Shown: positions 25,770-38,700, counted from the stretch's first letter. The stretch: DNA of 64,000 nucleotides from Eledone cirrhosa (GCA_964016885.1 OZ024743.1:322772001-322836000), one strand, 5' to 3'. The notes: a model not told the origin generated them from the letters alone. Numbers and translations: made by a program.

Positions 25770-25801
<32 letters not shown>

Positions 25802-25892
25802 CAATGATATATTTTCCATACACTTATACATTCCTAATTTATGTAACAGTTTTTTCTTTTATATTTCTAGTTGCTGTCCATGGCATTGAATT

Positions 25893-26379
25893 ATGTCTAA
25901 CTTCAAAGAATGGTTACTGAATACAAGACAGCAATTTCTTAATTGGTCTGATGATGAAAGGAACCAAATTCTTCATCATTTGATCTCCATTAGTAGCAGT
26001 TCACAATTAATTTACCTAGAGCAAGTTTTACCAACATTGCTATATCGAGATTTTTTCAAATTACTTCCACGAGAAATTACTGTTATTATTCTAACATATC
26101 TCGATACTAAATCTATTTTAAATTGTTTATTAGTGAGTCAACATTGGTATGAACTTATCAACTCCCTACCTGAGGTCTGGCGCCATTGCTGTTTACAGCA
26201 TTACATCAAAATTGACACAACATTGTGCTCTGCTCTATTTTATAAAAATCTTTTTCTCAAAATAACATCAAAACAATTAGAACCCCTAAGACAAAGTGAT
26301 ATATACGATGAAAAGTTCCTTGAGGGTCATTTAAACAATATTATAGCCCTTCATTACCACAATGGCCGACTAGCTTCTG
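25893..26379 (+). CDS. FBXW2: F-box/WD repeat-containing protein 2, coding exon 1
   Basis: MSNFKEWL...RNQILHHLISISSSSQL..L...L.TLLYRDFFKLLP.E....IL.YLD...ILNCLLVS.HW matches the FBXW2 N-terminus and F-box; upstream acceptor tttctag at 25870; donor gtaaga at 26380, phase 1. Confidence 0.92.
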
Positions 26380-26447
26380 GTAAGAGTATTTTAACCTAAA
26401 GTATATATAAAACAAAATTTGTTTTCGCTCTTAACATGGTGAATAAT

Positions 26448-26626
26448 AATAATTGTTTCTACTTTTGGCACAAGGCCAGCAATTATCTGGTACTTTATTT
26501 TATCAACCCCATAAGGATGAAAGGTAAAGTTAACCTCGGCGGGATTTGAACTCAGACCATAAAGGGCCGTAACTCTTTACTGCAAAGCATGGTGTCCGAC
26601 CCTCTACCAATACTGCCAATCCACCA
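26448..26626 (-). mobile_element. SINE family S2 in FBXW2 intron
   Basis: Full-length reverse copy; ggtgaataataataat duplicated at ~26438 and ~26649; inverted copy of its own head at 26628-26648. Confidence 0.9.
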
Positions 26627-26661
26627 AGGGCGGTGGATTGGCAGTATCGGTGAATAATAAT

Positions 26662-26855
26662 AATATAATCATATTAATAATATTTGGTTTGTTTGCAAGC
26701 AAACAGCCTCATAAACACCACATGTTAGACGACAATGTCATCCTTTTGTTCCAATGGCATTATTTTCTCTCAGCTACCGCTGGAACAAAAGGATTACATT
26801 GTCATCTAACACTTGGCTGTTTGCTTGCAATATTAATAATATTATGATATTATTA
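26662..26855. repeat. Fold-back inverted repeat in FBXW2 intron
   Basis: ttgcaagcaaacagcc..tgttagacgacaatgtcatccttttgttcca / tggaacaaaaggattacattgtcatctaaca..ggctgtttgcttgcaa. Confidence 0.9.
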
Positions 26856-26857
26856 AT

Positions 26858-26938
26858 CCTTACAGGGGTCGATAAAATAAAGCACCAGTTGTAATGGGGT
26901 AATTGCTGGCCTTGTGCCAAAAGCAGACACAATTATTA
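26858..26938 (+). mobile_element. SINE S2, 3' fragment
   Basis: ggggtcgataaaataaagcaccag...ggccttgtgccaaaagcagacacaattatt. Confidence 0.85.
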
Positions 26939-26949
26939 TAATATTATAT

Positions 26950-27122
26950 ACAGTACTCACTGTAAATGGGGTTGGTGTTAGGAAGAGCATCCAGTTGTAG
27001 AAATCAAGCCAAAATCAGTTCTGTATGAGCAAGATATGGTCACCTGACTTGGCATTGTCCACAAGACAACCCGTCTAACCAATGCTAACTTGGAAGAAAG
27101 GACGTAAAACCTTGATGATGAT
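26950..27122 (+). mobile_element. RTE family B, 3' UTR fragment
   Basis: Matches 39055-39235, including ggtgttaggaagagcatccag and the ccaatgctaacttgg...ggacgtaaaa tail. Confidence 0.85.
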
Positions 27123-28466
27123 ATATATATATATATATATATAATTTTAACTACAATTTAATATAATTTTATAACTGATATCTAATTTTATTCAGTATTA
27201 CATTCATTCTTTCATGTTAGTATATGGAGAATATTTTTGTTTGCGCTCTTTGTTTTTGTTGTTTTAGTATGACATTTGTATCACTGGTGAATGACATTTC
27301 TATCCTAACCATTGGAAACTAAAGTAGGAATGGTACTGAAACAGGGGAGCAGTTAGCTCAAAACATGGGGTAATGATCATGTGGTCTGTACCCCAGCTAA
27401 TTAAATTATCTTCATCATTATATCAGTTTTATAAAGGATAGTCACAAATTCATTTTTTGAATGAAAACAGTTGTGTAATCTTCAATTATTTAAACCCTCC
27501 TAACCATTTCCTTATAATATTTTTAATGAAAAACACTTTATGATTTTCACATAAATTTGGAAATTATGAAAAATTTGGAAACATTAAATAAAATTTCTAA
27601 CTTTCTCATTATTATTGGAATATAACTTAACAAAGGCCAACACACAATTATGATGGAGTGGTTTTAGATAAATACAAAACCTTTAAAACAAACAGTTGCA
27701 TATCAAAGAATTTGTTTCATTGTTTCAAATGGTTCGGTATGAAAAGAGTTAAATCTACTTTCTCACTTGATCAGATAGTGACAATCTTTCACTATCTGGA
27801 CATCTGATCAGTCTAATATAAGACCACAGAGTTAATCGTTATACTTAAAGGCTGCAGGAAGGGATCTTTCACATACAAGACCATACATATACACACGTGG
27901 CAGCCCACCCTGTAAGGGGGTCATTTTGTTGCCATGATCAAAAACACCCAGTCTCCACAGTCACATGATTGGCATTAGGAAGGGCATCTAGCTGTAGAAT
28001 CTAAGCCAAAATACAGACCTGTATGAGCATGATGTGGTCTCTGGACCTGGCTTGTTGCAAATGTGACAACCCTTCTAACCCATGCAAGCATGGAAAAAAT
28101 AGATGATAAATGATGGTGATGATGATGGTGTATTGCCATATAGTTAAAAAGTTTGCTTCACAATCACAGATTTCCAGATTTTCATTTCACTGCTTGACAC
28201 CTTAAGCATGTGTCCTACCAAATCTTGGGTCAACCTAATCCTTGTGAGTGAATATGAGTACATGGAAAGTGGATGCTTTACTTTATTTATAAAGGGAAAT
28301 AATTCAGAAATTGTTTAAATAAAAATCTGCTTCTGTGGGCATGAAATATTTTTGACACTAAAAATGGGCCCCAAAGAATAAAAGATTGAGAAATACTGTC
28401 CTATGACATTATTTTTGTGATTCATACTAATATTTATTTCAGCCTATATAAAATTTCTTGTTTCAG

Positions 28467-29217
28467 GTTCTAATGACCGTTCTGTCATTATATGGAATTA
28501 TGAGACAGGTGAAAGGCAAACACTACCTCAAAGTAAAAGTGTGAGTACCATCAAATTGACAGATAAGTCTGTGTATGTGTCATTTTTTAATGGCTCTGTT
28601 CACAGCTGGGACAATTCTCAAGGTCCTCAATTGCAGTTCATTGGACATGTTTCAGCTGTATACAGCATTGATGTTTGTCAAAAATTATCAATTCTAGTCA
28701 CAGGTTCAGCTGACCGGACACTTAAAATATGGGACCTGCAGTCAGGTCAGTTGTTAAAGACATTAATGGGACATCATGAAAATTGGATTATTGAAACAAA
28801 AATCATTTCAGAAGAAGGCGAGTCTTCCTATACACTTATTAGCAGTGACACTACTGTCTGCTATATTAGAAGAATGAACTCAGAGCATGATCAAATACAA
28901 GTTGAAACCATTTCCTGTCCAAATCATTTTATCATTCCTCATCTTTTGATTGAAAACAAGAGGTTTTTGAAGATCTGTTTCCAGACTAATTGTGAAGACA
29001 ATGCTGTGATCAGAATTTACCAATTTCAATCAAAGGTAAATCTGGTTCATCAATATAAAATAACCCAAACTGTGAAACAAATTCGACTACTTTTGGGAGT
29101 TGGCCAGAAAATGGCTATGGTTATTTCTCGTGGAGATTTATACTTCAACCTCAATCTCATGATATTTGGACTACATACCAATGAAGTGATTCTAAGAAAA
29201 TCATTACCAGCAATCAG
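28467..29217 (+). CDS. FBXW2: FBXW2 coding exon 2 (WD40 repeats)
   Basis: Acceptor tttcag restores SGSNDRSVIIWNY across the junction; FIGHVSAVYSIDV...ILVTGSADRTLKIWDLQSGQLLKTLMGH; donor gtaaga at 29218, phase 2. Confidence 0.93.
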
Positions 29218-29464
29218 GTAAGAATTTATTTGTCACCTCTATTGTAAATTCTTTAGATTTCAGGTATGGCTGTGTAGTTAAGTTTGTTTCAGAACTGTAT
29301 GATTCTGTGTTCAATCTCACTACAGTTCAACTAATCAATGCCATGAGAATAAATTTGGTAGGATTTAAACTGTAGGAAGCCTGTCATATAGGTGTTTTTA
29401 TACCCAACTATTTTTTAGAGTCAAAACTTGCATTGTAGCAGCTTACAGTAAGCTAACATACTTT

Positions 29465-29740
29465 CTTCTACTTCTTTGCCCACTTATTCCTAAGATGGTT
29501 GTGGGGTCAGAGTCCTCAAACACTCCTTCTGGCAGGTCCTTTCAGAAGCAACCATCTCCAATTTATTTGTCTGGATCCCCAAGTGAGACCAGCCGAGCTC
29601 ATGGATGTTATCCAACCAGCTTAATCGAGGTCTACCCCTGGGTCTCCTGCCAGGTGGTTTTGCCCATAAAATCTGTCCAATGATTCTTTGCAGAGACATT
29701 GTAACCACATGTCCATAGTATCAGAGCTGTGATCTCTCTG
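29465..29740 (-). mobile_element. Expander/Rex3-like RTE, 3' fragment
   Basis: RIIGQILWAKPPGRRPRGRPRLSWLDNIHELGWSHLGI. Confidence 0.85.
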
Positions 29741-30011
29741 TTTTTGTTCAATGCTTCATAAAATATTTGATTCTATGTTTATATAAACATGTGTGTATCT
29801 GTGAATGTGCGCATGCATGTGTGTGTGTGTGTATTCTGGACTTCCTTACAGTTTTCATTTATCATATTTACATGGCTGCAAAGCAAACTTTTTAACCATA
29901 CAGATACGACAGTATCTATATGCTATATATACTATATTTATATATTGTATTTAGAATTCAAATTTCCATATTCATAATTTAAATTATATTATTTGTATAT
30001 ATTTTCTACAG

Positions 30012-30192
30012 AATATCCCTCAATGGTTCATCAGTTACATGTGGATCCTTGAATTGGTTAGATGGTTTTGTCTCCTGTTCTCCTGTTGGATTACTTCTAG
30101 CTGCAGCTGCTATTGGTGATAACACCATATATATACTCAGTTGGAAAGATGATTCCATTCAGGCAATCGAAAATCAAGAAACATTGAGCTGA
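30012..30192 (+). CDS. FBXW2: FBXW2 terminal coding exon (absent from the ORF track)
   Basis: Acceptor ttttctacag, phase 2; (R)ISLNGSSVTCGSLNWLDGFVSCSPVGLLLAAAIGDNTIYILSWKDDSIQAIENQETLS* matches the FBXW2 C-terminal GSS...G...WL.G...GL..A....D..I....WK pattern; total CDS 1419 nt. Confidence 0.9.
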
Positions 30193-30255
30193 AGGAAATC
30201 CTAGTTTGTGATAATTTAATATTAATTTCCCCAATCACATTGGTTTGAAATTACA

Positions 30256-30261
30256 AATAAA
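30256..30261 (+). terminator. Candidate polyadenylation signal of FBXW2
   Basis: AATAAA about 64 nt after the stop; the region is AT-rich, so a chance match is possible. Confidence 0.35.
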
Positions 30262-31208
30262 CAAAAACTGCTAATTTAATATATATATATATTTTTTTTA
30301 GGCATAAAATACTACAAAATGATGCTATTTATAAAAAACAACAACAAAAAAACAAGAAAGATTTAAGAAAATACAAAGTATGCGTTTGATAGTGTGGTAT
30401 TTGAATGTATCATGTTAGATATTTTATGAGGAATGAATTGAAATTGTAAATTTACTAACCTTTGTTGATTTAAGCATGCCTGACCCTGATAGCAAGAGTC
30501 TGAGTGTGAGTGAGTGAATGAGTGTGAGATAGCCCCAACTTATTGCTGTATATAAGGTGAGTGTGTTTATTGACTGGGTCATCATTGTTTAATTCATAAA
30601 TTTGGAGGTGAGAATATCACCTCGTGTTGATTTTGCTACTCTATTTCCATCTTCTTCTGCAATTCTGAGGCTAAAGAACATTGTCTGCAAGTCCATGGCA
30701 GTTATTCCAGGAGGGTGAAAAGAGGAGGGTAATGTTCATAAACTTTTCTAAGGCTTCCATGACTGGTGTGAGAGAGGAAGGTATCCTCAAACAAGAGACA
30801 TGGTCCAAATGCATGTAATATAGTGGGCTCTACTAAAGGCACCCTGGGGCCAGGTTATGGTGTTAAACCAGATGACTAATTAAGTCTATGCCACACGTAG
30901 GCAATGTCAGAGATTTGAACTGAGAACCCCAAAAGACTAGAACAAATAACACAACCATTCTGCCCAAAGTTCTAATGATTTTACCAGTCCAGCACCCTAA
31001 ACTGGTACTTTATTTATCGATCCCATAAGAATGAAAGCAAAGTTAATTCTAGTTGAATTTGAATACAAAACACAAAGAACCAGAATATAAACTGCAAGGG
31101 ATTTCATACAATGCTCTACCGATTCTGCCAATTTCCTATCTCATTAGGATGGTGGTTAATTATATGATATTTCTTTGTTAATTAAGAAATATTATTTAAT
31201 GAACTAAA

Positions 31209-31400
31209 GACGGTGGATTGGCAGTATCGGTAGAAGGTCGGACGCCATGCTTTGCAGCATAGAGTTATGCTCTTTTACGGTCTGAGTTCAAATCCCGCCG
31301 AGGTTAACTTTGCCTTTCATCCTTACGGGGTCAATAAAATAAAGTACCAGTAATGCACTGGGGTAATTGCTGGTCTTGTGCCAAAAGTAGAAACAATTAT
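31209..31400 (+). mobile_element. SINE family S2, full length
   Basis: A-box-like tggcagtatcgg, B box gagttcaaatccc; 16-bp TSD attatttaatgaacta (31191-31206 / 31396-31411). Confidence 0.92.
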
Positions 31401-31902
31401 TTAATGAACTATGGCTGATTTATGTAAGCCACTTCTATTCTGAATTCAAATCTTATCAGAAACAGCTTTTCTTTTCATCCTTAAAGGGTTATTCAGTATT
31501 TCAATTTGTGGTAGCCAATTTTATTGGTTATAAATTTCTAATGGGTGAATTACAAATTCATTTTATTTCTGATGGTAAGAATTTCAAGTGGGGTGTCTGT
31601 AACTCTGTGCAGAAAAATTATCCCATTCATAAAGCAATAATTTTCCAGTTATTTTTCACCAATTTATATATCATATACCAATACACACTGGAAAAATATA
31701 TACACAAATACATTCATACATACACATATTACACAAACATATCCATACATATACACATATACATACTATCCAAGGTACCAAGCAGTAGGATTAAACCCAG
31801 AAACACATAGCTAAGGAGTAAATCTTTTTTAACCACACATCCATGCCTAAAGTACCAGCCAAGTACAGGGGTTGATACATGCAACTGTTCCATTCCCCTT
31901 TG

Positions 31903-32150
31903 GGCATGTGGCATGGTGGCTATAGAATTGGATTTGCAATGGTGAGGTTGCGAGTTCGATTCCCAGACTGGATGATGCGTTATAACCTTGAGTAAGACAC
32001 TTTATTTCATATTGCTCTTTCTGCTGAAAGTTGTGACCAGCAGATAGTTTCAGCAATTAGGACGACCAATAGAAACATTGTTTCCTTGGTCTGATTTGAT
32101 GAGGTCTACCCAACTCAGTAAGCGAATGACATCTGAGACTTTGTCGATCA
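31903..32150 (+). mobile_element. SINE family S3
   Basis: Homologous to 13120-13400. Confidence 0.8.
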
Positions 32151-32503
32151 TCCCCATCCCCAGAATTTCTGGTCTTGGGATTATGTTAAAAAACTCAATA
32201 TATGATTAAAATGAATTTTTGAATCAACATTTTTATTTAAACTAGAACAAACTTTGTTTTTCCTCCAGAAATAAATAATTTCTGAAATATTTAAAAAAAA
32301 TGTCTTTATATTTCTTCATTGTTGTCTCTTGTGGTTAATTAAGAAAATATTATTTCATCCTGCTATATGAGTATTTGTGTATGTGTGGATTAGCTTTAGC
32401 TTTATGTGTGTATAAGTATGTGTATATAATAAAGGTATTTGCAAATCCACATATACATACATGCTCACACACACACATACAGATATATGTGTGCGTGTGC
32501 AAT

Positions 32504-32558
<55 letters not shown>

Positions 32559-32851
32559 ATGTATGTGTGCATATGTTGTGTATGTATATATATTTATGCA
32601 CACCCATGGGATAGACTTGGCAATTAATTGAAACAAATATTTTGAATTCATTTTAATCTCAAAGGGAAGAATTGAAAAAAGTAACAAACAAGTTTTAATG
32701 ATGGAGAGAAAATTCAAAACATTTTGAAAATCATCATAGTCATTTTTACATCTGCCATTTTCATGCTCCCATCAGAAAGTAAAAACAAGTTTTGTGTCAG
32801 TCATTTCAAGATATTCTCATTTTGCTGGGGGTTTTTCACTATTACCTACAT

Positions 32852-33168
32852 CAGCATCTCTCAACCAGTGTTCCTCTGAACCTTAGGGTTCTGCAAGAGG
32901 TTGTTAGGGGTTCCAGTGGTAAATAGGCTAATGCATTTTTGAGTAATTTTTGTTTAATTTTATATTCATAATTTTACAAAAAAGGGGGTCATTTCTTCTT
33001 TAAACCAGAGACCTGAAACAATACATTATGTTTACCATGTGAGCTATGATAAAAATATAAAAGAGATAGATTAAAATAATGGTATATGATAATTGTTATA
33101 CAGGAGTTCCCTAAAACATGAAAACTATTTGAAGGCTTTCACGAGGGTAAAAAGGTTGATAAGTGCTG
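32852..33168. mobile_element. hAT-type MITE
   Basis: TIRs cagcatctctcaacc / ggttgataagtgctg; degenerate 8-bp TSD acctacat / atctatac. Confidence 0.65.
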
Positions 33169-35494
33169 ATCTATACCATCATTATCATCACCGTTCTACA
33201 TCCATTTTATATCCCAGCATAGGTTGGACAAATTGACAATTATGTGAAGCTAGACATATCAGATGACCATGTCTTGCTCATATGTTCCATTTTGAAATAA
33301 TTTCTATGACTTGTTGCCCTTCCTAACACCAACCACTCCATGACATGTACCAGGTGTGTTTCCTCATAGTACCACCACTACCACCTGACAGGGTAGACTG
33401 GGTGCTTGTTTCATAGCACCAACACTACCACTTTATAGTTTAAGCTAGTAACATTTTAGTGAGGCACCAGCACTTCCGTCTTCCTTGTTGAGCTGAGTGC
33501 TGAGCACATTTTTTATTGTGGCATCACTACTACCACATTTCAGTAACAATCTAGTACTGAGGTCGACTCTTCCTCTATATCTCTTTCTCACTTCCATTCT
33601 CTCACTCTATACTTCTCTGGAAGAAATCTGCTGTGTTCAAATCTGAAGAGAAGATGGGCTCTGCCAAGTTTTAAAATGCCCTAGAAACAATATAGCGTCC
33701 CTGTAACTCCTTCAGTCTATTACTGGGGTCAGTTCTTCCTCTAAATCTCTTTCTCACTTCCCCTCCCACCCTCTCCTCTAGAAGAAATCAATTGTGTTCT
33801 AACCTAGAGAAGGGTGGCTTCACCAGGCTTTTAATGCTCCAGACACATCATGTGCTAGGATGGCTTCCTACAACTTGACCAGGAATTAGGAGCCACTTAC
33901 CTTACATTGTAACATATCCCTGCTCTGTAGATATGGAGCTTGGTGTCATGAAACTCTAGCTACCATAGTAGAATCAATGGCGGTGCACCAGCAGTCTGTC
34001 AGCTGGAACATGTAATAGAGTAATAACTTATGAATATATATTTTGTGACATAGAAACCTTTACTTAATAATAAAAACAATTTCCTACATAATCACAAGAC
34101 CACAGATTTATAGAGAATAAATAACTGATTATCATATGATATTTATTTTGTATGCATTAATATCATCAACAGCAAAGTAAAATGACATGTACTGAGAATC
34201 CTAGCTTTGGGGTAGAGTCTTTACACATTCTGTGTGTGTCTGTGTGTGAATGTGTGTGTATACATATGTGTGTGTGTATATATGTGTGTGTATATGTGTC
34301 ACTCTAAAGTTCTTGCCCTTTAAATGTGATGGTGTTTCTTCCATTTCCTTATGAGCCAAATACTTCCTGATAATGAGATAGTAAGTACCAATTAGGCTAT
34401 AAATTGTCAGAATCATTAGAACACTGGATTAAATGTCTGCAGTACTTTAGCAGCTCTCTACACTCTGAGTTCAAATCCTAATGAAGTGAATTACACCTTT
34501 CATCTGTTTGGTGTTGATAAACATATTACTAGTCTATGGCAGTTGATTAGTAGAATTATTACAACTTCGGATAAAATAGTTTGTGACACCAGTGCCCATC
34601 TTGTTTATTCTGAATTTAAATCTCACCTTCTGTCACTGAAAAGATGGTGATGTGATATATCATTAAAACACCAAAAATGGTGATGTGATAGAACTGGGGC
34701 TCTATCATTAAAACACCATCATTAAAACACCAAAGAGATACCTATGGGATACTGCCTCTAGGAGGCTTGCTAAACCATCACAGGTGTGAGGCATAAAAAC
34801 ATAACAATATTAGACTACAGAAAATATTAGGAACAGTTACAAAATAGTTGTTTTTTTAATATGTAGAATATGTACCAACTTACAGTTTTATGATAATGAG
34901 AGGTTGGTATTAACCCTTTAATTACCAATATGGCCAAAACTGGTATATTACACTTATTCATGATATTGGCCCTCTCGAGTTATTTCTTTTACGTCATTTT
35001 CATTTTTAATTATGAAAATTACTATTGGCCAAACATTTTTTAGTTCTTTTTCTGTAAGCTTTGTCAATTGATCAAGCAAGCAAGCTTGACTATACTTCCC
35101 TGACAAAGTCCAATAAGACTGAAACATTCATGTATAGCTGCTCACAAAGAACAGATTTTCCCCAAAATAAATATATTTTGAGAAATTAATTTTAAATTTC
35201 TTTTATATTGGCTTTACTTAGAAATCTACCAATAATTACTGCTTGGCTCTTGTTTACTGCCTCAGCTTAAGAGACAAATTTCAATTCCTTTAGAATTGAT
35301 GACATATGTCATTCAGTACAACAGTTCTCAAATTATTTACTGGAATCTGTTGATTAACAGATGTAAAATAGCATAATATGGTTAACAGAAGTAAAATAGC
35401 ACAATATGGTTAACAGATGTAAAATAGCATGATATGGTTAACAGATGTAAAATAGTATATGTTTAACAGATGTAAAATAGTACAATATAGTTAA

Positions 35495-35704
35495 CCCTTT
35501 AACATTCACATTACTCTATTTATACTATTGTATTTTCATGGTAAACACTTTATTTCACATAACTATCTCACATATATCAAATCTATGAGATTTGGGTATT
35601 ATTTATTTTGAGAACAACACTTTAACATCAATATGAGCAGCTGGTTTGAACAGAAAGAGGTGAGATAATTCTGGCCGAATATGGCCGGTTTAAATGCTAA
35701 AGGG
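35495..35704. mobile_element. piggyBac-type MITE P1
   Basis: TTAA|ccctttaacatt ... aatgctaaaggg|TTAA, inserted at the minisatellite's gTTAAc. Confidence 0.9.
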
Positions 35705-35759
35705 TTAACATAATATCATATGGTTTACAGATGTAAAATAGGATAATATGTTGAACATA

Positions 35760-38700
35760 GCCTATTCGACCAATCAAACCTCAGCATGCCATTTCTACGG
35801 CTGCTACTGCTACTACTACTACTACCTAACTAACTCTCTCCTCCCCTGTCACAGCCCAACACACCCTGCCATTATCCCACCACCACTGTTCTTCTAGCCC
35901 TCAATTTTCCCACCGTTATGGATGGATGAGCTGAGAATAAATTTGAGCAACTCTGAATCAATAGATGAAATATGAATCTGCGAGCTACCAAGCACCCATG
36001 TGAAGCGCCAACCCAGAGACCCTTCCCTACGAGTGTCGACAAATGCTCAAAACTCCGAGTTGGTACCATCAATGTAGGCTCAATGAAAGGAAGAGCAGGA
36101 GAAATCGTAGAAATGCTAGAGCGAAAGGAAATTGATGTATGCTGTGTGCAAGAGACTAGATGGAGAGGAGAGTCTGCCAGAGTCCTGGTAGGAAAAAGTC
36201 GGTGCTACAAATTTTTCTGGGTGGGAAATGACAATGGGATGGGTGGTGTAGGTATACTACTAGCTGACAAGTGGGTAGATAAAGTAATCTCAGTGTACAG
36301 GGTAAATGCAAGAATCATTAAACTCAGACTAGTCCTGAATAAAACAATTACCACAATAATATCAGCTTACGCACCCCAATCGGGGCTGCCAGACGAACTT
36401 AAGGATAGGTTTTACGAGTCCCTAATGCACACTAGTGCTCTAACAGACGACAATGACTTCCTAATCATCGCAGGAGATTTTAACGGACACGTAGGTAAAC
36501 ACTGCGACAGCTTCAATAGAGTACATGGAGGCCATGGGGTTGGCACAAGGAATGAGGAAGGATTCAGACTTCTAGAATTCTGCGACGCCAATGACATGTT
36601 GATATGTAACACAAACTTTAAAAAACCCGACAACCACCTGATCACCTATAGATCAGGGGAGCACTCTAGTCAGATAGATTTTATCCTCATCAGAGGACGT
36701 GACAGATGGACAGTCGTAAACACAAAAGCCTTCCCTAGTGAGGAATGTACATCCCAACATAGCTTAGTTGTCAGCGACCTCACGGTCAGAACTAGACGAA
36801 CCCGGAAACAGAGGCCAACCTGGAGACGAAAGATCGGGAAGCTGAAAGTCCCCTCAACCAGTAACGGATTTAAAGATATTTTACTCAACGCCTACGACAG
36901 TAAAGAAGAACAGATAGAGACATTTAATGTAGAAGAGAACTGGGAGTTCCTAAAAAATAATTTACTAGAGGCGACGGATGATGTCTGTGGCTGGAGTAAG
37001 ACTTCAAGCAGGAGGAGAGTGACTTGGTGGTGGAACAATAAGGTAGATGAAGCAGTTAAGGCCAAGAGACAGGCATGGAAAGAATGGAAGAATGGGGGGA
37101 GCAGGGTACATTACATAGAGACCAAGAGGGAAGCTAGGCGACAAGTATACTTCGCTAGGAGGGAAGCAGAGGATAGAAAATTCAAGCATGTTTTGCAACG
37201 TGAGGACCAGAAACAGGAGGTATTCAAGATTACGAGGCAGTGTGTCAGAGATAGTTGTGATGTCATTGGAGAGAAGTGTATCCGGAATGATAAAGGCAAT
37301 CAAAGATATGAAGATGGGGAAGGCAACCGGTCCATCGGGTATAGCTGCCGAGATGCTGAAGGCATCTGGGTCTGTAGGTCACACTATAACCACACGTATT
37401 GTTAACCAGGTAATACTAGAAGGTGTCATACCAAAAGATTGGTGCAGTAGCATCATTGTCAACTGCTACAAAAGTAAAGGCGATGCACTAGATAGAGGAA
37501 ACTATAGAGGTATAAAGTTGATGGACCAGGTCATGAAAGTAACAGAAAGAGTTATAGCACAGTTGATTAGGGACCGGGTGAAAATAGACGAGATGCAATT
37601 TGGGTTTGTACCAGGGAGAGGGACCACTGATGCCCTCTTCCTTGTGAGGCAATTACAGGAAAAGTACCTAGCTAAAAGTAAGCCCCTCTACTTGGCATTT
37701 GTCGACCTTGAGAAAGCCTTTGACAGAGTTCCATGTGCTGTAATCTGGTGGGCTCTTAGGAAACTAGGAGTAGATGAATGGCTTGTGAAAGCGGTACAAG
37801 CCATGTATAGGGGAGCAGTCAGCAAAGTTAGGATTAGCAATGAGTATAGCGAGGAATTTAGCGTACAGGTTGGGGTCCACCAGGGCTCTGTTCTTAGTCC
37901 CCTCCTGTTCATCATAGTCCTGCAGGCAATAACGGAGGAGTTTAAGACCGGATGCCCATGGGAACTCCTGTATGCTGATGACCTCACACTCATAGCTGAA
38001 TCTATGGTAGAACTAGAGAAGAAATTCCAAACTTGGAAGCAGGGACTAGAAAGAAAGGGTCTCAAAGTCAACATGACAAAGACTAAGGTCCTTGTAAGTA
38101 GACGAGAAAACAGAACCCAGATCCCCTCAGGGAAATGGCCTTGCTCAGTATGTAGGAAAGGTGTAGGTAGGAACTCCATTCTCTGCCCCAAATGCAAACA
38201 ATGAGTACACAAAAGATGTAGCGGGATCTCAGGAAGCTTAATTAAGAATGTAGGCTTCACATGCAGCAGCTGTGCTGAGACAGCAAGCAGCAAACAGCCA
38301 CAGGAAACAAGTACCACCAATCTCTGGGAGGGCTCTGTAGAAACAGTAGACAGCTTCTGCTACCTAGGTGACCGAATGAGCAGCGGAGGTGGGTGTTCAG
38401 AAAGTACAATAACTAGGGTAAGAACGGGATGGAAGAAGTTTAGGGAACTACGACCACTGCTAGCTGCAAAGGGCTTCTCCCTCAGAATGAAAGGCAGACT
38501 GTATGATGTGTGTATCCGAACAGCAATGTTGCATGGTAGTAAGACCTGGGCGCTGAAGGTGGAAAACTTACGTAGATTAGAGAGAAACGAAGCCTGCATG
38601 TTCCGATGGATGTGTAACAGTAATATACGTGAACGACAAAGCATAAATGAATTGAGAGAGAGACTGAGCATAAGAGGAATCAAATGCTGTGTGCAGGAGA

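Larger units (their letters stand above)
24270..25800. repeat. Extended (CATA)/(CA)/(TA) microsatellite field hosting Bov-B-like derivatives
   Basis: Tracts at 24270-24415, 25025-25327 and 25512-25800. Confidence 0.95.

Noticed and set aside
24171-25920. Many long YVCM/HTYI-rich ORFs
   Set aside because: Stop-free translations of CATA/TA microsatellites.
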